A stretch of 23,443 nucleotides of DNA from Pyrobaculum sp. (lineage in GTDB: Archaea > Thermoproteota > Thermoprotei > Thermoproteales > Thermoproteaceae), in contig JBKBOT010000023.1 in NCBI GenBank assembly GCA_046293555.1, positions 1 to 23,443 on the forward strand. The letters run 5' to 3'. The stretch's first letter is position 1. Each line of letters starts with the position of its first letter. Shown one piece after another: positions 8,326 to 16,123 of this stretch. The notes below the pieces were generated by a model. That model was not told the origin of the DNA, did no database searches, and was given only the letters and a program-made list of their open reading frames with translations. Position numbers and translations under genes: made by a program.

Positions 8326-8928
8326 GTGTATTCAGAGTTTAGAAAGAGGGAGCTAACAGACATGGCCGCCGCCCTGATAATTCTCTCCATAGGGTTCTCC
8401 ATAGCCATGGCTGGCGGCGGGCTGTTTGGGGGAATAAACTGGGGCAAGGCGATACAGCTCTTCCCCATCGCCCTGTTTATACTCTTCTTCGCCTTTTTGG
8501 GACACGAGGCTGCCCACAGGCAGGTAGCCCGACGTCTTGGCTACTACGCCTTCTTTCAGGCAGATTACCAGCTCCTGCCCCTAGCTATAATCTTGCCGCT
8601 TCTTTTCGGCTTTATCTTCGCGGCACCCGGCGCCGTGGTGATCTCACCCTTCAAGCTCCATAGAGGTGGCGACGAGAGGCGAGACGTGTTTTTAATCTCT
8701 GCGGCAGGCCCGTTGACAAACATAATACTAGCCGCCATGGGCGCCGCCTTGTTTAACACAACCGGCGCATATCTATGGTGGTTTTTTGCATATATCAACG
8801 CATGGCTGGCGTTCTTCAATCTACTCCCCCTCCCCCCGCTAGATGGCAGCAAGATGTTTAGAACTAACCTCCCCATGTGGGCAATCTTTTTTGGGGGCTC
8901 CATATTGGCGTTGTGGCTAATTTGGTAA
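8326..8928 (+). CDS. Site-2 protease, M50 family membrane metalloprotease
   Basis: HEAAH in a TM helix, AAGPLTN, FNLLPLPPLDG. Confidence 0.93.
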   Translation: MYSEFRKRELTDMAAALIILSIGFSIAMAGGGLFGGINWGKAIQLFPIALFILFFAFLGHEAAHRQVARRLGYYAFFQADYQLLPLAIILPLLFGFIFAAPGAVVISPFKLHRGGDERRDVFLISAAGPLTNIILAAMGAALFNTTGAYLWWFFAYINAWLAFFNLLPLPPLDGSKMFRTNLPMWAIFFGGSILALWLIW

Positions 8929-9024
8929 GTCGAGAGACACACGCCCCACGAGGCACGCCGGCACCTTCTATCTCGAGCTTCTGGTGATAGGCCGAGCTAA
9001 CGCGCTCTGCCGTGTAACGTGTTG

Positions 9025-9198
9025 TCAGGCGTCTATATATCTTTGTGCCATCTTGATGCCATGTGTATAGAGTAGATGTAAGGCGGCGTCTTTAATTGTA
9101 AAAAATTTTTTTCTACATTTTACACATGTTAGGTGAGTTATTTCCCATCGATCTTTTTCAGGATGTAGATAGGTCTTAAGTTCTGACGGAATTTCCAT
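9025..9198 (-). CDS. Small C2H2-type zinc-finger protein (57 aa), below ORF-track cutoff
   Basis: Manual translation MEIPSELKTYLHPEKDRWEITHLTCVKCRKKFFTIKDAALHLLYTHGIKMAQRYIDA*: C-x2-C-x3-F-x8-H-x4-H. ATG at 9198, TGA at 9025-9027. Confidence 0.85.
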   Translation of the reverse strand: MEIPSELKTYLHPEKDRWEITHLTCVKCRKKFFTIKDAALHLLYTHGIKMAQRYIDA

Positions 9199-9222
9199 AA
9201 GATAAATTAGGTAAATTTTAAT

Positions 9223-9789
9223 ATGGTTGGGGGGATAGACGAGGCGGGGAGGGGGTCTCTGGTAGGCCCTCTCGTCATCGCCGTGGTGGTTGGAGACAGC
9301 AGACAGTTAAGCAGTCTGGGGGTGAGAGACTCTAAGACGTTAACGCCGCGGGCTAGAGAGCGACTCTTCCATAAGATAGTTAACATAGCTGAATGTATAA
9401 ATTATATAGTAATAGAACCACATATAATAGATAGTTATAAGTCGTTAAATTTGTTAGAATTAGTTTTTTCTGTAGAACTTATTAGAAAGTGTGTTGCAGA
9501 TATATATTATGTAGATTCTCCAGACATAAATCCTGCAAGATATGGAGAGCTGCTATCAGCCATGTCTGGAGTCAAGGTAGTGGCGTTAAATAGAGGTGAG
9601 GAGATTCCACAAGTGGCGGCTGCAAGTATTGTGGCTAAAGTGGTGAGAGACAAGACTATAGACTTTCTAAAGAGAGAGGTTGGCGACTTTGGAAGTGGGT
9701 ATCCCTCAGACGTGAGAACTAGAGAAAAGGCCCTACGGGGCTTGTTACCACCCGAATGTGTTAGACAGACGTGGAGAATAAGCCGGTAA
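9223..9789 (+). CDS. rnhB: Ribonuclease HII
   Basis: [41 protein letters not shown]. Confidence 0.95.
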   Translation: MVGGIDEAGRGSLVGPLVIAVVVGDSRQLSSLGVRDSKTLTPRARERLFHKIVNIAECINYIVIEPHIIDSYKSLNLLELVFSVELIRKCVADIYYVDSPDINPARYGELLSAMSGVKVVALNRGEEIPQVAAASIVAKVVRDKTIDFLKREVGDFGSGYPSDVRTREKALRGLLPPECVRQTWRISR

Positions 9790-9821
9790 AACTATATAAA
9801 CGAGTTCTCTCAGCCTCCTAC

Positions 9822-10430
9822 GTGAGCGTCGTCGATTTGAGCATATGGGAGCCTAGGACAGAGCTGGGGAGGTGGGTAAAGGAGGGGAAAATTAGGACTA
9901 TCGACGAGATCTTTGCTAACAACTTTGTGATTAAAGAGCCCGAAATTGTGGATATACTACTTCCCGGATTAAGACAGGAGTTGCTAAATGTCAACTTGGT
10001 ACAACGCCAGACACATGCCGGGGAGCGTAACCAATTTCAGGCTGTAGTGGCTGTAGGTAATGAAGACGGGTACGTGGGGGTGGGCATAGGCAAGGCCAGA
10101 CAGGTGAGACAAGCTATAGAAAAAGCAGTACGAGAAGCCAAGCTCAACCTCATCCCGGTTAGACGCGGCTGCGGCTCCTGGAAGTGTTCATGCGACGAGC
10201 CACATAGCGTGCCTTTTGTAACTAGAGGAAAGTCGGGAAGTGTTAGAATAACGTTAATCCCGGCGCCAAAAGGCGTGGGACTTGTGGCTGGCGACGTGGC
10301 AAAAGTCGTGTTACGTCTCGCAGGAATTAAAGACGTGTGGACTACCACTAGAGGCGATACGAGAACTACGCTGAACTTTGCGCTTGCGGCGTTTGCCGCA
10401 TTAAGAAATACCTACTACTTCAAGACATGA
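9822..10430 (+). CDS. rps5: 30S ribosomal protein S5 (uS5); start likely GTG9822
   Basis: [45 protein letters not shown] at 9793-9800 supports start 9822 over 9771. Confidence 0.96.
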   Translation: MSVVDLSIWEPRTELGRWVKEGKIRTIDEIFANNFVIKEPEIVDILLPGLRQELLNVNLVQRQTHAGERNQFQAVVAVGNEDGYVGVGIGKARQVRQAIEKAVREAKLNLIPVRRGCGSWKCSCDEPHSVPFVTRGKSGSVRITLIPAPKGVGLVAGDVAKVVLRLAGIKDVWTTTRGDTRTTLNFALAAFAALRNTYYFKT

Positions 10431-10951
10431 TACAAGTTACCACATATCCCAGACTTGCCGTAATAAGGCTACGTGGCATACCTACCACGCCTAGAGATAT
10501 CTCGACAGCTCTAAACCAGTTACGGCTTAGAAGAAAGTTTACTATGGTGGTGGTAAACGGCTCTCCCAACATAATGGGGATGGTAGAAAAGGTAAACGAC
10601 TGGGTCACATGGGGCGAAATCGATGCAGATACCCTCGCCATGGTGTTAAAAAAGAGGGGGAGAATTGTTGGCGACAAGCCGCTAACTTTGGAATATCTGC
10701 AGAAATGGGGGTGGCAAAACTTCGAAGAGGTGGCGCTGGCGTATATATCAGGAGAGATAGAGTCACTCTCTTGCGGCAAGCGAAATATCCGACAGGGCCA
10801 AAAGCCGCCCTGTATTCCATACCTAAAGCCTTTCTTTAGGTTACACCCACCAAGAGGGGGACTAAGCAGCATAAAGCTACATTTCTCCGTCGGCGGAGAT
10901 TTAGGCTACAGAGGTCCCCTTATCAACGAGTTAATCTACAGAATGCTGTAA
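10427..10951 (+). CDS. rpl30: 50S ribosomal protein L30 (uL30, archaeal long form)
   Basis: [40 protein letters not shown]. Follows rps5 with an ATGA overlap. Confidence 0.96.
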   Translation: MIQVTTYPRLAVIRLRGIPTTPRDISTALNQLRLRRKFTMVVVNGSPNIMGMVEKVNDWVTWGEIDADTLAMVLKKRGRIVGDKPLTLEYLQKWGWQNFEEVALAYISGEIESLSCGKRNIRQGQKPPCIPYLKPFFRLHPPRGGLSSIKLHFSVGGDLGYRGPLINELIYRML

Positions 10952-10966
10952 CTCTCCCCCACTACC

Positions 10967-11830
10967 CTAGCCCCCAAGACTCCCGCCTGACGCAGCGTTG
11001 TTGTCAGCCTGATGGGACACAATAAGGGCCCTGTCTCTTCTGGCCCCGCTGAGGTCTGGCGAAGGCGGGGGCCCCCTCTTGTGCGAGTTTTTTTCCACCC
11101 TACGGACGACCATGTCTACTATCTCCCCGAAAATCTTCCGTGTCTCTTCTACCGTAAGCCTTTTGTCAAATAGGGCAAATAAGACAGGGTCTATCTCCTC
11201 GTAGGAGGCCCCCAGTTCGCCTTCTGCAGTGTGGCCACTCCAGAAGCGTGGGGAACTTGGCTTCTGTACGACGTTGCCAAAACCCAGCCTCATAGCCATT
11301 TCTCTTACTTGAACCTTGTAGAGAGGGGCGAGAGGCAGTATGTCCACACCGCCGTCGCCATATTTGGTGAAATAGCCCAACAGGATCTCACTGCGATCGC
11401 TTGTGCCTAATACTAATAGGTTGTCTCTATTGGCGTAGTAATATAGAATAGACATCCTAACTCTAGCCATTAGGTTCCCCCGAGCCATTTTGTCCTCTGG
11501 AGAGAAGTCAGGTATCGTCTTGGCAAAACTTTCCACAATTGGCGTTATTTCCACAGTCTTGAGTCTAATTCCTAAGGCAGAGGAGACCTCCTGTACATCT
11601 CTCCAATCTTCTGGCGGCGTGTAGACAGAAGGCATAAATAAGCCGAGCACTCTCTCAGGTCCCAACGCCTTGGCGGCCAGCGCTGCGGCTACCGTGGAGT
11701 CCACGCCGCCGCTTACGCCGGCCACAACCCCTCTTACCCCCGTCTCTTCCACATATTGGCGAATAAAAGAGGTGATGATCTCTTGCGCCTTGTCGTAATC
11801 AATAGCCTCCACCACAGTTTTCCAGTTCAC
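10967..11830 (-). CDS. nadE: NH3-dependent NAD+ synthetase
   Basis: GVSGGVDS, GN.MAR.RM, LGT..RSE..LGYFTKYGDG, LYK.QV, PS, HKR. Confidence 0.96.
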   Translation of the reverse strand: MNWKTVVEAIDYDKAQEIITSFIRQYVEETGVRGVVAGVSGGVDSTVAAALAAKALGPERVLGLFMPSVYTPPEDWRDVQEVSSALGIRLKTVEITPIVESFAKTIPDFSPEDKMARGNLMARVRMSILYYYANRDNLLVLGTSDRSEILLGYFTKYGDGGVDILPLAPLYKVQVREMAMRLGFGNVVQKPSSPRFWSGHTAEGELGASYEEIDPVLFALFDKRLTVEETRKIFGEIVDMVVRRVEKNSHKRGPPPSPDLSGARRDRALIVSHQADNNAASGGSLGG

Positions 11831-11845
11831 GCACTTAAGGGGGGG

Positions 11846-13030
11846 TTATAATAATTCTATTGCAACAGCTGTGCCGCCGCCAGTGCCATGACACAAGGCG
11901 GCAATGCCCCTACGTCCGCCCAATCTTTTTAGCACAGAAATCAGCGTCGTGACCACTCTAGCCCCAGAGGCGCCTAGGGGGTGACCTAGAGCGACGGCGC
12001 CTCCAAAGGCGTTGATTTTATCATATTCCACTCCAAAGGCTCTGTGAAACAACACGTTATTTACTGCAAAAGCCTCGTTATTTTCAAAGTAATCAAAATA
12101 GTCAATCCCCACGTTTAGTTTCTTAAGCAGCTTCTGTACCGCGTAGATTGGGGCTTCTACAAACCGCCAAGGCTCTACCATATGCCAGCTGTATCCCAAA
12201 ATTCTCGCCACAGGCCTTAGCCCTAGCTCTCTCGCCTTTTCTTCCGACATCATTAAAACAGCCGCCGCGCCGTCAGAAAGCTGGCTTGAGTTGCCGGCAG
12301 TGAGGACGCCGTCTGGCCTAAAGACAGGTTTTAACTTAGCTAGCTTTTCTAAGGTTGTGTCAGGCCTTATGCCTTCATCTTTATCAAGACTTACCTTCAC
12401 GCCGCCCAGCTCCCCCTCCACAACCTCGATGTCATCAAACCACCTGTTTTCTGTAGCCTTCCACGCCCTCATATGGCTCTGATAGGCCACCCAATCCAGC
12501 TCCTCTCTTCTAATCTCATGTCTCTTAGCCACAAGTTCTGTCTCCTCACCCATATACATGCCGTTTGTGGGGTCTATAAGCCCGTCGATAGTCATCAAGT
12601 CTCTTAACTCGCTTTTCCTGCCTATAAGGTGTCTAACGCCCCACCGGACGTCGTCAGCTAGACATATAGGCGCTGTGGACATAGACTCGGCGCCACCTGC
12701 AATAACCACAGAGGCGTCGCCGAGGGCGATCTCTCTATAGGCCTCAATTATTGCCTGCATGCCGGAAGAACACACCCTATTTACAGTATAGGCGCTTACC
12801 CCCTCGGGCAAGCCGGCCAAGATGGCTGCATATCTAGCCAGGTTTTGACCCATACCGCCCTGTAGGGTCGAGCCGAAGATCACCTCCTCCACCTCCTTCC
12901 CCGAGAGACCCGCTCTTTCTAGTAATTTCTGTATCACAAACGCCGCCAGATGTGGCGTCTTTACGTCCTTAAAAGCTCCGCCAAATTTCCCAATTGGAGT
13001 CCTTACGTAGGAGATAATTACAACCTGCAT
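11846..13030 (-). CDS. Acetyl-CoA C-acetyltransferase (thiolase)
   Basis: RTPIGKFGG, NRVCSSG, GGAESMS, TAGNSSQLSDGAAA, NEAFA, GHPLGASG, C-term LCHGTGGG. Confidence 0.96.
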   Translation of the reverse strand: MQVVIISYVRTPIGKFGGAFKDVKTPHLAAFVIQKLLERAGLSGKEVEEVIFGSTLQGGMGQNLARYAAILAGLPEGVSAYTVNRVCSSGMQAIIEAYREIALGDASVVIAGGAESMSTAPICLADDVRWGVRHLIGRKSELRDLMTIDGLIDPTNGMYMGEETELVAKRHEIRREELDWVAYQSHMRAWKATENRWFDDIEVVEGELGGVKVSLDKDEGIRPDTTLEKLAKLKPVFRPDGVLTAGNSSQLSDGAAAVLMMSEEKARELGLRPVARILGYSWHMVEPWRFVEAPIYAVQKLLKKLNVGIDYFDYFENNEAFAVNNVLFHRAFGVEYDKINAFGGAVALGHPLGASGARVVTTLISVLKRLGGRRGIAALCHGTGGGTAVAIELL

Positions 13031-13312
13031 TGAGACCTGTCTATTCGATTTTTTAAATATTGTCCATTACCTCAAGCCTCCGATATGCGCATATATGGAA
13101 TGCCCCAGCGTGGGTGGTCTGTCTGCCTCTCCGTGAGCCGAAAGCGCCCTATCGGGGCTTCAAGCCGGCGAATTTCGAGACAAGGGAAAACTTTTTAGAC
13201 GTTATGTACACATTACCGTAGCTTAATGGAAGCTAAAACTATTTCAACAATAGCCGAAATATTTTTAGACAATTGTCGAACGAAAAAAAAAATACGTGTG
13301 TTCTTCTTATAC

Positions 13313-14206
13313 ATGAAAAGTCGTATAGCGATAATAATGTTAGCAATTGTGGCCATTGCGGCGGTAGCTTACGTCACGACTCCTGGCCTGAATTCTCTCG
13401 CGGAGTATTATTACAACAACTCGTATTTCGTGTGGGAGTCTAAGACGTTGTATGCGGCTATGATAACTGACGATGGCGAAGTCATTGAATACATTAATAA
13501 TAGCGATGGCCTTGTTACCGGCCAGGCGCCGCGCGGAGGTGACGTCAAGCCGGCGAGAGCTGCTGAGGCAGATCCAGAAGCCGTTAAGGACGCGTTAAGA
13601 AGGGCGGGGGTAGATGGCGAGCTCTTGGGGACATATGTCTACAACTCCACCCACCTGGTGACGTTAGTAGAAAATACAGATATATACGCAGTGATTTGGA
13701 ATAACGAAAGCGCAGTGGCACACAAGCTGAAATTTGAGAAATATACGGAGGAATGTAGGTCCGCCGCCAGGAAATACGATGACTACACCTTTGTCGCGAC
13801 TTGGTGTTCTGTGGGGTATAGAGAGATGAGTGGAATATTGCCATTATATAGTTTCGAGGACGAGGCGGCGGCCATATGGTACACGCCGGCGGGCTACTTT
13901 AAGGTGGCCGCGCGCGGCAGGTTTACAATCATATACGGCGTTGCGGTATACGTGGAAGACAGGTCGTATCGCGAAATAACCGACCCCACAATGTATGTAT
14001 GTAGTTTCAATAGCAGAACTAGCGGCAGCGGCACGCCGTTAGCCGGCGTACGTGCCGAGGGTAAAGCAATTCAGTACACATGTAGATTCCCCCCATACAT
14101 AGCCACCCGTCTTGACGCATTTGCCTACATATCCTACGACGCATGGCTTATACGTTCTGCAGACGCTCGCGGCAGTAAAAACTTAGTGCCAGGCTGTATT
14201 TGTTAA
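13313..14206 (+). CDS. Orphan secreted/exported protein with N-terminal signal peptide and Cys-containing C-terminal domain (in-frame upstream ATG at 13226 possible)
   Basis: MKSRIAIIMLAIVAIAAVAYV is a basic + hydrophobic signal. Tyr-rich beta-type sequence, six Cys, ends GCIC. No family recognised. Confidence 0.75.
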   Translation: MKSRIAIIMLAIVAIAAVAYVTTPGLNSLAEYYYNNSYFVWESKTLYAAMITDDGEVIEYINNSDGLVTGQAPRGGDVKPARAAEADPEAVKDALRRAGVDGELLGTYVYNSTHLVTLVENTDIYAVIWNNESAVAHKLKFEKYTEECRSAARKYDDYTFVATWCSVGYREMSGILPLYSFEDEAAAIWYTPAGYFKVAARGRFTIIYGVAVYVEDRSYREITDPTMYVCSFNSRTSGSGTPLAGVRAEGKAIQYTCRFPPYIATRLDAFAYISYDAWLIRSADARGSKNLVPGCIC

Positions 14207-14230
14207 GAGGGAATAAGCCCCCCTTTTTCC
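14207..14230 (+). terminator. Candidate terminator after the secreted-protein gene
   Basis: GGG-AATAAG-CCC short hairpin followed by a pyrimidine/T run (CCCTTTTTCC) right after TAA. Confidence 0.35.
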
Positions 14231-14626
14231 GAAAGCCCACCCCCACTATCACCACAGCTGTGAGATCTTAGAGTACTTTAGACATCTCGACGCACTGCTC
14301 ATAGCCCACAGGGCCTAATCAAGCGGCATGTCGAGCGGTACGCCTGTTACCCACAGCTCTGAAGCCGGCTCGATGTATACGTCACTTCCTTCCAGCAAAG
14401 AGCGCCTCTCTGTAAACAACGTCGTTGTCTAGGTACGTCGGCTGGTCACGTCGGCCGTGGGGGCGAGTTGACCTCTAGCCGAAATCTCACTCCATGTGAC
14501 AACAAGGGCACCATGATAGCCCCCCCGCCGTTTTTGCTAGACGCATAGGGCGTCTGGGCGGAAGCACCCCTTCGACGTTGACTAAACCTCATGTAGAAAT
14601 TTAAAGACTTGCCGTCAGTGAGTTCC

Positions 14627-15745
14627 ATGAGTTGGCTTCAAGATGTGGTTAGGGCTAGGGAGCTTGTTGGGAGAGAATTTAACGTAGTTACCCACGGCGG
14701 CGTGGCCCACATGGACGACCTGCTTGCAGCCGCGTTACTATACTCAAGGGCGCAGGCGGTGTATCGTCTAAACAGGTATGAAGAGGTGACAGCTGTCGGG
14801 GGGGACGTCCTGCTTGTCGATTTTGGCGACAGCTTTAAGGACAAGCTGCCGGGGCGGTATGTCGTGTTGGATCACCACGGCGTGGCGGACCCCGCGGAGG
14901 AGCCGTCGTCCATAGTGCAGGTGGTTTTGGCTCTTGACGTAAGGGCGGGCCCCCTGGTGGCCACCTTAACGCATTTTGTGGACCTGTTCGACAGGTTTGG
15001 GCCCTCTGTGAAGAAGTGGGCTGGGCCGTATGGAAGCTCTCTTAACTACGGCTTGACGCGGGTTTTCACCGGCTTTAGTGGGGCTGTGAGAGACCGCTTT
15101 ATGGAGCTGGTGGCTGAGGCGTATTACGCCAAACACGACGTGGAGGCTCTCACCAACGCCTTTAGAGTTGTGGAGAGGCTGCCGTATGTCCACCTGGCTG
15201 AGTCCTTCCCCAGGACATTTACATTACTCAGGCTTATGTTACAAGCCGTAAAAAACCCAGCCGTGGCTTTAGGCAGGGAGGCTGTGGAAGCCGGCTTTGG
15301 CGTCGACTTCGGCTGTTATGCGGTTTTGGCTGTCCCCGAGCTTGAACCGTACGTCCTTCAAGGCCTTGAACAGTACTTCTCAGACGCCAGGCATGCCACA
15401 GAGGTGGCGGCAGCTGGGCGTTTTGCGGTAATAAAGAAAGATGTCACCGCGGTGGCAACTGAGGAGTCGATATCTCCCACCCTGTTTTGGAACGCCCTAC
15501 AGGACCTAGGCGTGGTGGAAGGGCCGGCTTTCGTTGTGGTGAAAGACGTTAGAACCCCCGGCGCCTACGTCGTGTGGCGGCCGGACAGATATTCCAACAT
15601 TCTCGACTTCAGAAAGCTAAGGGGAGAGAAGGTGGTGTTTAAACACGCAGGCGGCTTTTTAGCAGTTTTAAAGAAAGAAAGTGCCGAAGAGGCGGCACAA
15701 TACGTGATGAGACAGTTGGTAGATGGTGCGGCGGCCGGGATTTGA
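14627..15745 (+). CDS. MYG1/UPF0160-like DHH-superfamily metal-dependent hydrolase (putative exonuclease)
   Basis: VVTHGGVAHMDD (cf. MYG1 THxGxFHxDE), LVDFG, VLDHH, C-terminal VFKHAGGFLA (cf. FVHxSGFI). TTTAAA at 14600-14605 supports ATG14627. Confidence 0.75.
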   Translation: MSWLQDVVRARELVGREFNVVTHGGVAHMDDLLAAALLYSRAQAVYRLNRYEEVTAVGGDVLLVDFGDSFKDKLPGRYVVLDHHGVADPAEEPSSIVQVVLALDVRAGPLVATLTHFVDLFDRFGPSVKKWAGPYGSSLNYGLTRVFTGFSGAVRDRFMELVAEAYYAKHDVEALTNAFRVVERLPYVHLAESFPRTFTLLRLMLQAVKNPAVALGREAVEAGFGVDFGCYAVLAVPELEPYVLQGLEQYFSDARHATEVAAAGRFAVIKKDVTAVATEESISPTLFWNALQDLGVVEGPAFVVVKDVRTPGAYVVWRPDRYSNILDFRKLRGEKVVFKHAGGFLAVLKKESAEEAAQYVMRQLVDGAAAGI

Positions 15746-15746
15746 A

Positions 15747-15763
15747 CTCCCGGGGCTTCCCCT
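15747..15763 (-). other. tRNA intron, 17 nt, position 53/54
   Basis: AGGGGAAGCCCCGGGAG. BHB: bulge GG/A, helix CCCG:CGGG, bulge AG/U. Confidence 0.85.
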
Positions 15764-15787
15764 CCCGGGATCAACGGCTTGGCAGGC

Positions 15788-15816
15788 TTAAGGAGACGGC
15801 GGCTGGCCGCCGTCTA
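15788..15816 (-). other. tRNA intron, 29 nt, position 29/30
   Basis: UAGACGGCGGCCAGCCGCCGUCUCCUUAA. 9-bp intron stem, relaxed BHB (bulge CG/U, helix AUGG:CCUU with a U-U mismatch, bulge AA/G). Confidence 0.88.
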
Positions 15817-15932
15817 CGCCATCCTAAACCAGGCTAGACTACCGCCGCTGGCTTATAAGTTAATACTGTTTTTAAAATTTTACTTCCGTATTTTAGCCGA
15901 TTTCTATATATAGCACGTGAAATGAGAGAAAC

Positions 15933-16100
15933 ATGTCTAAAAAGCTAAAGTTCTACGACATTAAGGCGAGGCGGGCGTTTGAGAGCGGCCAGTATGAAGT
16001 TGTGGAGAAGCAGACTGCCCGCGGGCCGATGATGTTTGCAGTAGCTAAATCTCCCTACACGGGCATAAAGGTATACAGACTGCTAGGCAAAAAGAAATAA
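15933..16100 (+). CDS. cc1: Crenarchaeal chromatin protein CC1 (55 aa), below ORF-track cutoff
   Basis: MSKKLKFYDIKARRAFESGQYEVVEKQTARGPMMFAVAKSPYTGIKVYRLLGKKK*, recognised as Thermoproteales CC1. TATATATA at ~15905-15912. Confidence 0.9.
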   Translation: MSKKLKFYDIKARRAFESGQYEVVEKQTARGPMMFAVAKSPYTGIKVYRLLGKKK

Positions 16101-16123
16101 ATTTTTTCCCCCACCTCTTCTTT

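Larger units (their letters stand above)
15724..15848 (-). tRNA. tRNA-Gly(GCC) with two non-canonical introns (29/30 and 53/54), CCA encoded
   Basis: Removing 15788-15816 and 15747-15763 gives GCGGCGGUAGUCUAGCCUGGUUUAGGAUGGCGGCCUGCCAAGCCGUUGAUCCCGGGUUCAAAUCCCGGCCGCCGCACCA, a complete cloverleaf with anticodon GCC. Confidence 0.95.

Noticed and set aside
9771-9821. N-terminal extension of rps5 overlapping rnhB
   Set aside because: It contains the TATA box. GTG9822 is the better start.
11772-11778. GTGATGA C-box-like motif (similar ones at ~12432, ~17721, ~18024)
   Set aside because: Inside CDSs, with no suitably spaced D'/C'/D boxes.
13083-13094. Palindrome ATATGCGCATAT
   Set aside because: Chance-level length with no other support.
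14446-14628. 60-aa minus-strand ORF
   Set aside because: It overlaps the promoter of the MYG1-like gene and has no motif.
13031-15848. Provirus or integrative element at tRNA-Gly
   Set aside because: No integrase, no att duplicate of the tRNA 3' end and no viral genes seen.
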